Source: an uncultured cyanobacterium
Lineage (GTDB): Bacteria > Cyanobacteriota > Cyanobacteriia > Cyanobacteriales > Nostocaceae
Assembly: GCA_963740315.1 (NCBI GenBank)
Contig: CAVUDP010000002.1
Span: 3,712,001-3,776,000 of the forward strand
DNA length: 64,000 nt
Direction of reading: 5' to 3'
Shown: piece by piece, positions 48,871-56,797 of the stretch
Layout: the number at the start of each line of letters is the position of its first letter
How positions within the stretch are numbered: position 1 is the first letter of the stretch
The notes under the pieces: model-generated
Seen by the model: the letters and a program-made list of their open reading frames with translations, nothing else
The model's database searches: none
What the model was told of the DNA's origin: nothing
Translations under genes and position numbers: made by a program

Positions 48871-48887
48871 GCTCACAACTTCCTCAA
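48870..48887 (+). promoter_or_regulatory. Degenerate copy of the direct-repeat box
   Basis: AGCTCACAACTTCCTCAA; no -10 hexamer at the 10-nt spacing. Confidence 0.5.
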
Positions 48888-48900
48888 ATTATTTAAACCC

Positions 48901-49464
48901 ATGTGGAAAATATTATTCTCCCTGAAACAAAATTTAGTTTGGTCTGTTCCTGCCTTTATGATTGCAGGGATTATCTTTGGTGCTTTGACCGATGCTAGTT
49001 TTCTCAATGACCTAAGCAATTTATCTTCTCAGGTAGTGGCAACTACCAACACCAGTTTAGATGCCAAAACCCAACAGGCAATGATTGAGGCGATTAATGA
49101 TGAGTATCATGCCCGTGCCTTTTACAATGCAGTAATAGATAAATTTGGCGAGATCCGTCCTTTCAGTAATATTGTTCATGCTGAAACTCGGCACGCAGAG
49201 CGATTGAGTCAGTTATTCAAGCGGTATGGCTTGACAGTTCCAGAGGATTCTTTTGCGGGAAAGGTGGAAGCTCCTGAAACCTTGGAAATCGCCTGTCAAA
49301 TGGGTGTAGCAGCAGAAATTGCTAACGTAAAAATGTACGATCGCTTCCTTGATTTTATCCAAGAGAGTGACTTAAGAGACACCTTTACCCAACTGCGTTA
49401 TGTTTCCCAAAACAAGCACAAAGTAGCGTTTGAAAGATGTCTCAATTCAAGATCCAAAATATAG
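48901..49464 (+). CDS. Ferritin-like (DUF2202-type) protein with a transporter-like N-terminal TM segment, possibly chimeric
   Basis: DEYHAR..Y, AETRH, AEIAN..MY and S.NKH diiron-type motifs; first ~35 aa resemble an ACR3/BASS transporter start. Confidence 0.7.
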   Translation: MWKILFSLKQNLVWSVPAFMIAGIIFGALTDASFLNDLSNLSSQVVATTNTSLDAKTQQAMIEAINDEYHARAFYNAVIDKFGEIRPFSNIVHAETRHAERLSQLFKRYGLTVPEDSFAGKVEAPETLEIACQMGVAAEIANVKMYDRFLDFIQESDLRDTFTQLRYVSQNKHKVAFERCLNSRSKI

Positions 49465-49467
49465 ATT

Positions 49468-50163
49468 ATGAACCTATCAACTATTCAAAAACGCCTGTTT
49501 GCTTGGGGCATGGGTCAAGCTAATGATGCCGATGCAGATAGAATTAAACTAATTGATTGCCCTGAGTATCAGAGTTTAGGAGAACTAAAACGGGCATTAT
49601 TAGGCAATTTACAGCATCAAGTTTTAGAAATTGGTCCTGGTGCGGGAGCAAGTCTTGCTTATTATCCCAAAGATATTCATTGGATTGGTATCGAACCCAA
49701 TCCCTATATGCACCCATATCTAGAACGAGAAGCACAACAACAAGGACTAACTAACATCGAACTACAATCGGGTTCTGCGGAAAAATTACCCGTAGAGGAT
49801 GAAAGTATCGATACCGTGGTTAGCACCCACGTTCTCTGTTCCGTTACAGATTTAGAAACTAGTTTTCAAGAAATTAAACGTGTTCTCAAACCTGGAGGTA
49901 GTTTTGTCTTTATCGAACACGTTGCCGATTCATCTGATACTTGGACGCGGAAAGTTCAAGATGGGATTAATCCTATTTGGAAAAATTTGTTTGATAACTG
50001 TCATCTCAACCGCGAAACCTGGACGATTCTCGAACAAATTGGGTTAGAAACTGTTGATTACTATCAGTTCAAGCTGACTATTCCCCTGGTGAGTCCTCAT
50101 ATTGCGGGGATAGTTAGAAAGAAACCTTTAGAAATGCTGCAACCAGACACTATAAACACTTAA
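49468..50163 (+). CDS. Class I SAM methyltransferase
   Basis: VLEIGPGAG, LCSV and RVLKPGG.F.FIEH. Confidence 0.9.
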   Translation: MNLSTIQKRLFAWGMGQANDADADRIKLIDCPEYQSLGELKRALLGNLQHQVLEIGPGAGASLAYYPKDIHWIGIEPNPYMHPYLEREAQQQGLTNIELQSGSAEKLPVEDESIDTVVSTHVLCSVTDLETSFQEIKRVLKPGGSFVFIEHVADSSDTWTRKVQDGINPIWKNLFDNCHLNRETWTILEQIGLETVDYYQFKLTIPLVSPHIAGIVRKKPLEMLQPDTINT

Positions 50164-50198
50164 TTAACACTCAAATTATTTAGATTCGGAGACAGAAA

Positions 50199-50567
50199 AT
50201 GGAAACTACAATAAAAGATGGAGTCTTTATTCACATTAGTCGAGGTACAGAAGACCCCCACCGCGTCTTAATGGGATTAACCTTAGCTGAAAAAATGTCT
50301 GAGGATAAAGATGTCCTAGTTTTCTTTGATATTCAAGGGGTAGAAGTTCCTCTCAAAAATGGCAAAACAATTGAATTTAGGGAATTTGAATCAACAGCAA
50401 TCCTATTACCGAAACTGATTCAAAAGGGAGTTTTAATATGCGTCTGTCCCATGTGTTTAAAAGCTACCAATCACCAACCAGAAGATTTAATAGAGGGAGT
50501 ACAAATAGCTGAAAAAGAAGCAATGTTTAATTTTACTCAAGGACGTATTTTGTCTTTGGACTATTAG
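50199..50567 (+). CDS. DsrE/DsrF-family sulfur-relay protein
   Basis: VLVFFDIQGV and VCPMC. Confidence 0.8.
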   Translation: METTIKDGVFIHISRGTEDPHRVLMGLTLAEKMSEDKDVLVFFDIQGVEVPLKNGKTIEFREFESTAILLPKLIQKGVLICVCPMCLKATNHQPEDLIEGVQIAEKEAMFNFTQGRILSLDY

Positions 50568-50608
50568 TATAATGACCTGTTTTTTTCACTTTCAAGGAAT
50601 AAGAAACA

Positions 50609-51607
50609 ATGGAACTTTCTAAAAAAAATCTTAACCAACGTCTTAACCAAATCTACGATGTGATTATTGTCGGTGGTGGTGCTGGGGGATTATCTGCTGG
50701 TATTTACTTACAAAGATTTAATCTTTCCAGTTTAATTATTGACAAAGGAAAAGCACGTTCTTTCTGGATGCAAGAATTACACAATTATCTTGGTTTACCT
50801 CCAGATACCCCTGGACGGGTGTTGTTACAGAAAGGCAAAGAACATTATGCTTCCCTTGATGGCGATTTTCTCAATGCCTATGTTGAGCAAGTTGTTGAAG
50901 AGGGAGAAACTTTTGCACTCAAGGTTAAAGTAGGGCGTGTAAATGGCGTTGAGGCTGTATTTCGTTCTAAGTATTTGATTGCTGCTAGCGGTATTATTGA
51001 CCATCTACTGTCATTAGATGAAATGCGGAATGTTTACGATTATGCTGGGTATAATTTGCACGTCTGTATGGTCTGTGATGGCTATGAAATGACAGATAAA
51101 AAATGTGGTTTCTTTACGGGTAGTGAAGCCAGTATTGAAGAGATGGTATTTAATTTGAGCTGGTTTACACCTTACATTACCGTGTTTACTCATGGCACTT
51201 TTGCAGTCAGTCCCGAAATGCGTCAACAACTGCAAGAACATGGTTATCCCTTAGTAGAGACACCAATTAAGCAATTCTTGGGAGAAAAGCACCAAATGAC
51301 TGGGGTGGAACTGGTAGATGGTTCGGTAATTGAATTAGAAACTGGGCTGATTTCTATGGGTTCTCGTTATCACAATACCTATTTGCAAGGGATAAATTTG
51401 GAACTCAAAGGAGGTAATTTGGTTACAGATAATATGTGTCGGACTTCCCACCCGCGAGTTTTTGCCATTGGTGATTTAAAGGTTGGATTGAACCAGGTAG
51501 TAATTGCTGCGGGAGATGGGGCTTTAGCTGCTACCCAAATTTGGCGAGATATTCGTTGTGCTAGTGGTGCGCGTCGTTGGGAGGATAATTTAAAGGTGCA
51601 TGTGTAG
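50609..51607 (+). CDS. Thioredoxin-reductase-like FAD oxidoreductase
   Basis: GGGAGG, CMVCDGYE and TS.P.VFAIGD..NQVVIAAGDG. Confidence 0.88.
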   Translation: MELSKKNLNQRLNQIYDVIIVGGGAGGLSAGIYLQRFNLSSLIIDKGKARSFWMQELHNYLGLPPDTPGRVLLQKGKEHYASLDGDFLNAYVEQVVEEGETFALKVKVGRVNGVEAVFRSKYLIAASGIIDHLLSLDEMRNVYDYAGYNLHVCMVCDGYEMTDKKCGFFTGSEASIEEMVFNLSWFTPYITVFTHGTFAVSPEMRQQLQEHGYPLVETPIKQFLGEKHQMTGVELVDGSVIELETGLISMGSRYHNTYLQGINLELKGGNLVTDNMCRTSHPRVFAIGDLKVGLNQVVIAAGDGALAATQIWRDIRCASGARRWEDNLKVHV

Positions 51608-51663
51608 TCAACGGGGGAGGAATTCCCCTACAAATTCTTCTCAATCTGCTAGGCAGGAAATAG

Positions 51664-52038
51664 TTATTCGGAGAGTCTGCTAAAGGCTTTGATTTGTTCA
51701 AATTCTTTAGCCCGTTTTTGTATTTGATCGCCAATGCGATCGCAAACTAATTCGCATAAATCGAAAATTACAGGGTCGCTGATAGAATAATAAACGCTAA
51801 TACCTTTTTGCTGACGCGATACCAAACCGGCTTGAGTTAAAACTTTTAAATGCTTTGAGAGATTCGCCTGTCCCAAACCCGTTGCTTCACCCATTTCTGT
51901 CACGTTCATTGCTCCGGTTCTCAGACAACTTAAAATCTGCAAGCGACTTGTTTCAGACAGTACCTTAAAATACTCAGCAACGGGAGCAAGTACTTCTGGA
52001 GAATTCTTTGGAGGAACATTCTTTGACATAAGCATCAA
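51664..52038 (-). CDS. ArsR/SmtB repressor (BigR/SqrR-like, Cys-containing)
   Basis: FKVLSETSRLQILSCL, QANLSKHLKVL, VYY and CELVC. Confidence 0.9.
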   Translation of the reverse strand: MMLMSKNVPPKNSPEVLAPVAEYFKVLSETSRLQILSCLRTGAMNVTEMGEATGLGQANLSKHLKVLTQAGLVSRQQKGISVYYSISDPVIFDLCELVCDRIGDQIQKRAKEFEQIKAFSRLSE

Positions 52039-52054
52039 GTTAATTGTACTAATT

Positions 52055-52074
52055 ATATTACCATATAGTTATAG
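52055..52074. promoter_or_regulatory. Putative ArsR autoregulatory operator
   Basis: ATATTACCA-TA-TAGTTATAG just upstream of arsR. Confidence 0.6.
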
Positions 52075-52180
52075 TAATAGATAATTTTGTGAAAATAACC
52101 TAAATTGCTTTTTAACAAAGCAAGTAATACTTTCATCTTCAGTTTAGGCTAAGAAAATTAGGCAGCAATTATTAATTAAT

Positions 52181-52963
52181 TTATCTCTGCACCAAAATGT
52201 ATACAGCAACGGCAATCACAAAGTAACCAAAACTTTTTTCTAGTAGCTTAGGCTTAACAAATTTAGTTAAATATGCACCAGAGATAGTACCTAAACTAGC
52301 AGCTATTGTAAAAATTATCATTATGTTTACATCTACAGGTACTTGACCAAAATAACCAGCAAATCCAGCCAGAGATTTAAAAGTAATAATTAATAATGAT
52401 GTACCCACCGCTTCTTTCATTGGTGTTTTACCTAATAAAACTAATGCAGGAATAATCATAAATCCACCACCAACACCAACAAAACCAGTAACTATTCCTA
52501 CTATCAAACCTTCTATAGGTATCATCAAAAGACGATATTGACTGTCATGTTTTGAGTTTAATAAATCATCTTGTTGCTTGTTGTCAGATGTACGGCTACT
52601 TTTACGAATCATAAAGAAAGCAGCTACTAACATCATTACAGCAAAACAAATTAGCTGAATTGTAGGGTCGATTATGGGAAGTGAAGCAATTCTAGCACCC
52701 ATATATGCTCCTAACATTGCAGCAGGAGAAAAAAGTAAGGCTGTTTTGAAATTCACATTACCTTGTAGCCAATGGGGGATAACACCAATGAGACTAACTG
52801 CACCAACAATAACTAATGTCATTGCAACGGCAGACTTTGTTTCTACTCCCATGACGTATTTAAGTATTGGCAAAGCTAAAATAGAACCGCCTCCGCCAAT
52901 CAATCCTAAAGTGATACCAATGCAAACTGCTAACAATGTTCCAACTATCAATTTCATTATCAT
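52181..52963 (-). CDS. TauE/SafE sulfite exporter
   Basis: GLIGGGGSIL, GFVGVGGGF.IIPAL and AVGTSL; multiple TM helices. Confidence 0.92.
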   Translation of the reverse strand: MIMKLIVGTLLAVCIGITLGLIGGGGSILALPILKYVMGVETKSAVAMTLVIVGAVSLIGVIPHWLQGNVNFKTALLFSPAAMLGAYMGARIASLPIIDPTIQLICFAVMMLVAAFFMIRKSSRTSDNKQQDDLLNSKHDSQYRLLMIPIEGLIVGIVTGFVGVGGGFMIIPALVLLGKTPMKEAVGTSLLIITFKSLAGFAGYFGQVPVDVNIMIIFTIAASLGTISGAYLTKFVKPKLLEKSFGYFVIAVAVYILVQR

Positions 52964-53047
52964 CGAGTTACTGTATTTGCTAGGAGCTAAACAAAATAAG
53001 AAGATACAAAGCTATCTTCTTATTTCAACTAAATAAAGAAAAGCTTC

Positions 53048-53623
53048 TTACCTTTGATTCCACGGCATCTTTGCCAACAACATACCTAAAGCACAGGTAT
53101 CAGTTACACCAGCAAATACTAATCCTGAGCCAATAAATCCACTCAGAATTAAAAACCAAGGGGAAATAAACGCACCAAGTAAAGTACCTATAACTACTAA
53201 AGAACCTGCGACTATTTGTACCTGACGCATTATACTAATAAGCGCATTTTCACTCTTTTCTACTGGATATCCTGCTTGTTTCCAAGCATTTAGTCCACCT
53301 TCAAGATGAGTGACTTGATTAAATCCATCTGCAAACAACTTTTGTGCTGCTTGTGCCGAACGTCTACCGCTCTGACAATGTAAAACTATTTTTTTACCTT
53401 CAGATGAAGGTATTTTTGTCGAGTCCAAATTTGAAAGTGATACCCTTGTTGCGCCCTTAATTCTTTCTCCAGCATATTCGCCAGCTTCTCTAACATCAAC
53501 TAAAACAACGGTTCCCTCTTTCAAGCATTCTTGAAGTGTTTTAGCATCAATTGTTTGTAGTTGAACGTTAATATTTTCTCTATTAGTTGCTGTCATTTTC
53601 CTATTCCTTTGGTTATTATTCAA
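53048..53623 (-). CDS. Rhodanese plus DUF2892 membrane protein (YgaP-like)
   Basis: HCQSGRRS, RQVQIVAG and C....LLAKMPWN. Confidence 0.9.
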   Translation of the reverse strand: MNNNQRNRKMTATNRENINVQLQTIDAKTLQECLKEGTVVLVDVREAGEYAGERIKGATRVSLSNLDSTKIPSSEGKKIVLHCQSGRRSAQAAQKLFADGFNQVTHLEGGLNAWKQAGYPVEKSENALISIMRQVQIVAGSLVVIGTLLGAFISPWFLILSGFIGSGLVFAGVTDTCALGMLLAKMPWNQR

Positions 53624-53644
53624 TGAGGGCTTATATATCTGCGG

Positions 53645-54340
53645 CTATGCCGCATCTAAGTTACCGCAACGCTCGTTTGCAGGCACGGCTTCCATAATTT
53701 TTTGTGGCATTGGAAGATTCAAGTTCTTCATAAATTCAATGAATTCCTCCCGACTTCTATCAGTAAATCGCGGATTCAACCTTCTCTCTTCACCAATAGT
53801 AGACACCGTATGTCCTCGATAATCGTGGGCTGGATAAACTAAAGTTTCCAAGGGTAAACTAAATAGCCTCTGAGTAACAGATTCATATAAAATTCCCGAA
53901 TCTCCACTCTGAAAATCTGTGCGTCCGCAGCCACGAATCAATAAAGCATCTCCAGTTAACAAATGAGTACCGTTGACAAGATAAGCCATGTGGCTATCTG
54001 TATGACCGGGAGTTGCGATCGCTTTTATTTCTACTTTTCCTAGCTGTAATATCTCTTCATGTTTAATGTACTTATCAGCACAGGCAGCATCAGCATTTTC
54101 TGGTACAACACTAAGGCAACCAGTTTCTTCTCGAAGTTTACCTGTAGCAGTGATATGGTCGGCATGAAGATGAGTTTCCAAACAATAGCGTAGATTTAAA
54201 CCTAAATCTTTAATAAGTTTTAAATCGCGACTAAGTTGTTCTAATACTGGATCTACTAATACAGCTTCTTGAGTATCTGTATCGGCAATTAGATACGTAT
54301 AAGTACTTGATTCTGTGTCAAACAATTGGCGAAATAGCAT
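53645..54340 (-). CDS. Persulfide dioxygenase (ETHE1-like, MBL fold)
   Basis: SSTYTYL, ETHLHADHIT, TPGHT, TGD..LIRGCGRTDFQ and YPAHDY. Confidence 0.92.
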   Translation of the reverse strand: MLFRQLFDTESSTYTYLIADTDTQEAVLVDPVLEQLSRDLKLIKDLGLNLRYCLETHLHADHITATGKLREETGCLSVVPENADAACADKYIKHEEILQLGKVEIKAIATPGHTDSHMAYLVNGTHLLTGDALLIRGCGRTDFQSGDSGILYESVTQRLFSLPLETLVYPAHDYRGHTVSTIGEERRLNPRFTDRSREEFIEFMKNLNLPMPQKIMEAVPANERCGNLDAA

Positions 54341-54430
54341 AGTAATAATTCTTTGAAGTGTTGTAAGATCAACTATTTATCCTTAAGAGGACATATTAGC
54401 TAGCAGCTAAATTTTAGATTTTCTTCTCTA

Positions 54431-54462
54431 TTAATCATATTACCACATGGTAATATGATTAA
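54431..54462. promoter_or_regulatory. Perfect 15-2-15 palindrome, putative ArsR operator of the pdo operon
   Basis: TTAATCATATTACCA-CA-TGGTAATATGATTAA; minus-strand TTGACT adjacent. Confidence 0.8.
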
Positions 54463-54589
54463 GTCAAGTTAGTGGCTGCAAGGAGAAGAATAGCATTAGC
54501 ATTTTGGGTATTTTGGGCAAAAATTTTTAAGAAAACGACCGAACAGAAGCTAAACAAAAGCTAAAAATAACGGGAGTTATGTCCTAGTA

Positions 54590-55921
54590 GACTATTTCCC
54601 CGACAAATCTCGACATTTCCGTACAACAGACGGTGCAATATTGTTTTTAAATAAAATTTACATAAACATCCTAGACTTGCTCCAACTTTTTATAGTAATT
54701 TATGCTTGTGGTTGGTTGCTTGTATAATCATTTATTTTCATTGTTTATCTGTGTTGTTAACTTCTATTAAAACAAAGTTAAAATTGACATCATCACAAAA
54801 AATTATGATGTCAAAACATGCTGGCATATCCCGATTTACCTATAATTGGGGACTTGCAACTTGGCAAGCTTTGTATAGAGAAGGACATCAACCAAATCAT
54901 TCTATTTTAAAGAAATTTTTTAATAATGAAGTTAAGCCTGCTTTACCTTGGATAAAAGAGAAAGGTATTTGTCAAAAAATTACAGAATTTGCTTTTAATA
55001 ATTTAGGGAAAGCTTTTAAAAATTTCTTTGCTAAACGTGCAGAATATCCCAAATTTAAAAGAAAAGGTAAAAACGATAGTTTTACAATTAATGCAAGTGG
55101 TAGACCAATAAATATAAGTGGCAAACGTATTAAATTACCTACCATTGGTTGGGTTTCAACTTATGAGGTTTTGCCTCATACAACAACCACAACCTTTACT
55201 ATATCAAGAATAGCGGGGGATTGGTATATTTCTTTTTCTTATGAAATAGAACCGGACATCACCCAAAAACAATATGATTACGTGGGGGTTGATTTAGGGA
55301 TAAAAACCTTAGCCACTTTATCAACAGGAGTAATTTTTTTTAATCCCAAAGCTTCTCGGGGTGCTAGAAAAAAATTAGCTTCCCTACAACGTCAGTTATC
55401 TCGAAAAGTCAGAGGTAGTAATCGTTATCAAAAACAAAAACTGAGGATATCAAAATTACATCGACGTATTAGAAACATACGTCTAGATGCAACTCATAAA
55501 GCAACAACATTTATTTGCAAAAACCACGCAGTAGTTGCTTTGGAAGATTTAAATACTTCAGGGATGTTGAAAAATCACAAATTAGCTGGTGTTATTAGTG
55601 ATGCTAATTTCTATGAATTTCGCAGACAAGTAGAATATAAAGTAATTAGATATGGTGGAACACTCATAAAAGTTGATAGATTTTACCCATCTAGTAAAAC
55701 TTGTTCCAATTGTGGAGAAATTCAAGAAATTAGTCTGTCACAACGAGTTTATGTGTGTCAAAAATGTGATTACACTCACGACAGAGATCTAAATGCATCC
55801 CAAAATTTGGAAAAATATGCACGGTTGGCTAAACCGTGTCTGGACGTTAAGGGATAACCGCTCCTATGCTCCCGTTGAAACGTCAAGTAATGTCGGGCTT
55901 TGTCCTGGTTTTATGTAGCAG
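54590..55921 (+). mobile_element. Non-autonomous tnpB element (IS605/IS607-type); left end approximate
   Basis: CGACAAATCTCGACATT near 54601 resembles the reverse complement of the right end (GGACAAAGCCCGACATT); right end appears to be ...TTATGTAGCAG; no transposase. Confidence 0.6.
54751..55857 (+). CDS. tnpB: RNA-guided endonuclease TnpB
   Basis: RFTYNWGL HTH, RuvC GVDLG / LEDL / DRDLNAS, Zn finger CSNC..CQKC. Confidence 0.93.
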   Translation: MLLTSIKTKLKLTSSQKIMMSKHAGISRFTYNWGLATWQALYREGHQPNHSILKKFFNNEVKPALPWIKEKGICQKITEFAFNNLGKAFKNFFAKRAEYPKFKRKGKNDSFTINASGRPINISGKRIKLPTIGWVSTYEVLPHTTTTTFTISRIAGDWYISFSYEIEPDITQKQYDYVGVDLGIKTLATLSTGVIFFNPKASRGARKKLASLQRQLSRKVRGSNRYQKQKLRISKLHRRIRNIRLDATHKATTFICKNHAVVALEDLNTSGMLKNHKLAGVISDANFYEFRRQVEYKVIRYGGTLIKVDRFYPSSKTCSNCGEIQEISLSQRVYVCQKCDYTHDRDLNASQNLEKYARLAKPCLDVKG

Positions 55922-55924
55922 ATT

Positions 55925-56185
55925 ATGGATTTTTTATCTAACACAGTCATATTGTCGCGGATGCAATTTGCTTTGACCAGCATATTTCATATGTTGTGGC
56001 CCGTATTGACTACTGGTATGGGGATATACTTAGTGATTGTTGAAGGCTTGTGGTTAAAAACACGCGATTCTGATTATTATCACCACGCTCGCTTTTGGTC
56101 AAAATTATATGTTCTCAATTTTGGTATTGGTGTAGCATCTGGCTTACCAATGGAATTCCAGTTTGGTACTAATTGGGCACCGTTG
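55925..56185 (+). pseudogene. cydA: Cytochrome bd oxidase subunit I, 5' fragment
   Basis: LSRMQFA...FH, FWSK...NF..GV.SG..MEFQFGTNW; CydA-like sequence stops after ~87 aa. Confidence 0.88.
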
Positions 56186-56797
56186 CTAACCCCTCGAATT
56201 CTACAAATCTACATCAGCACGGATTCTATATTTGACTAAATCTAGCAATAATATCGCCTTCGCCAATTATTTGTGTCTTTCTTGTCAAGCTATACCGTAT
56301 AAATACTAGCGACATCTTTACACGTATAAATTAAATTTGAGATGAAGCGATTGTAAGTTAGCTTACATATTTTTTTTAATTATTTAAGATTACTATCAAT
56401 GAAACTCAGGTGCTATCTATGTTTTATAATTTTTTACAAGAAAACAAGTTTATAAATTTTTCTTTATTTATCCAGATGACTTGATATGAATTGCGTAACT
56501 GATGATACTTGTTGAAAGTCAGGTCAAAGTTGCATTTCAGTTTACAGGTGACACTTATTAGGGCTGTGGAATTATATTTACGGTAAGGATACTTATCTAT
56601 TTCACCAAGTGAATAAACTTGTGTGACAATTCTATTTGCAATTTTAACGATATGAGCGCAGTAGGCAGATATAAATCTGACTAATGCCAATCTTTCATGC
56701 TTTCAATTATCCACAATTACTACAAAGTTGAATCAGCTTTGCAGATATATCGTGCTACAAATTTCCTAAAAAATATATAATATAACAGGGTATAAAT

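Noticed and set aside
54547..54565. AAGCTAAA repeated with 11-bp period near the TnpB left end
   Set aside because: Single low-complexity occurrence; insufficient support for a regulator site
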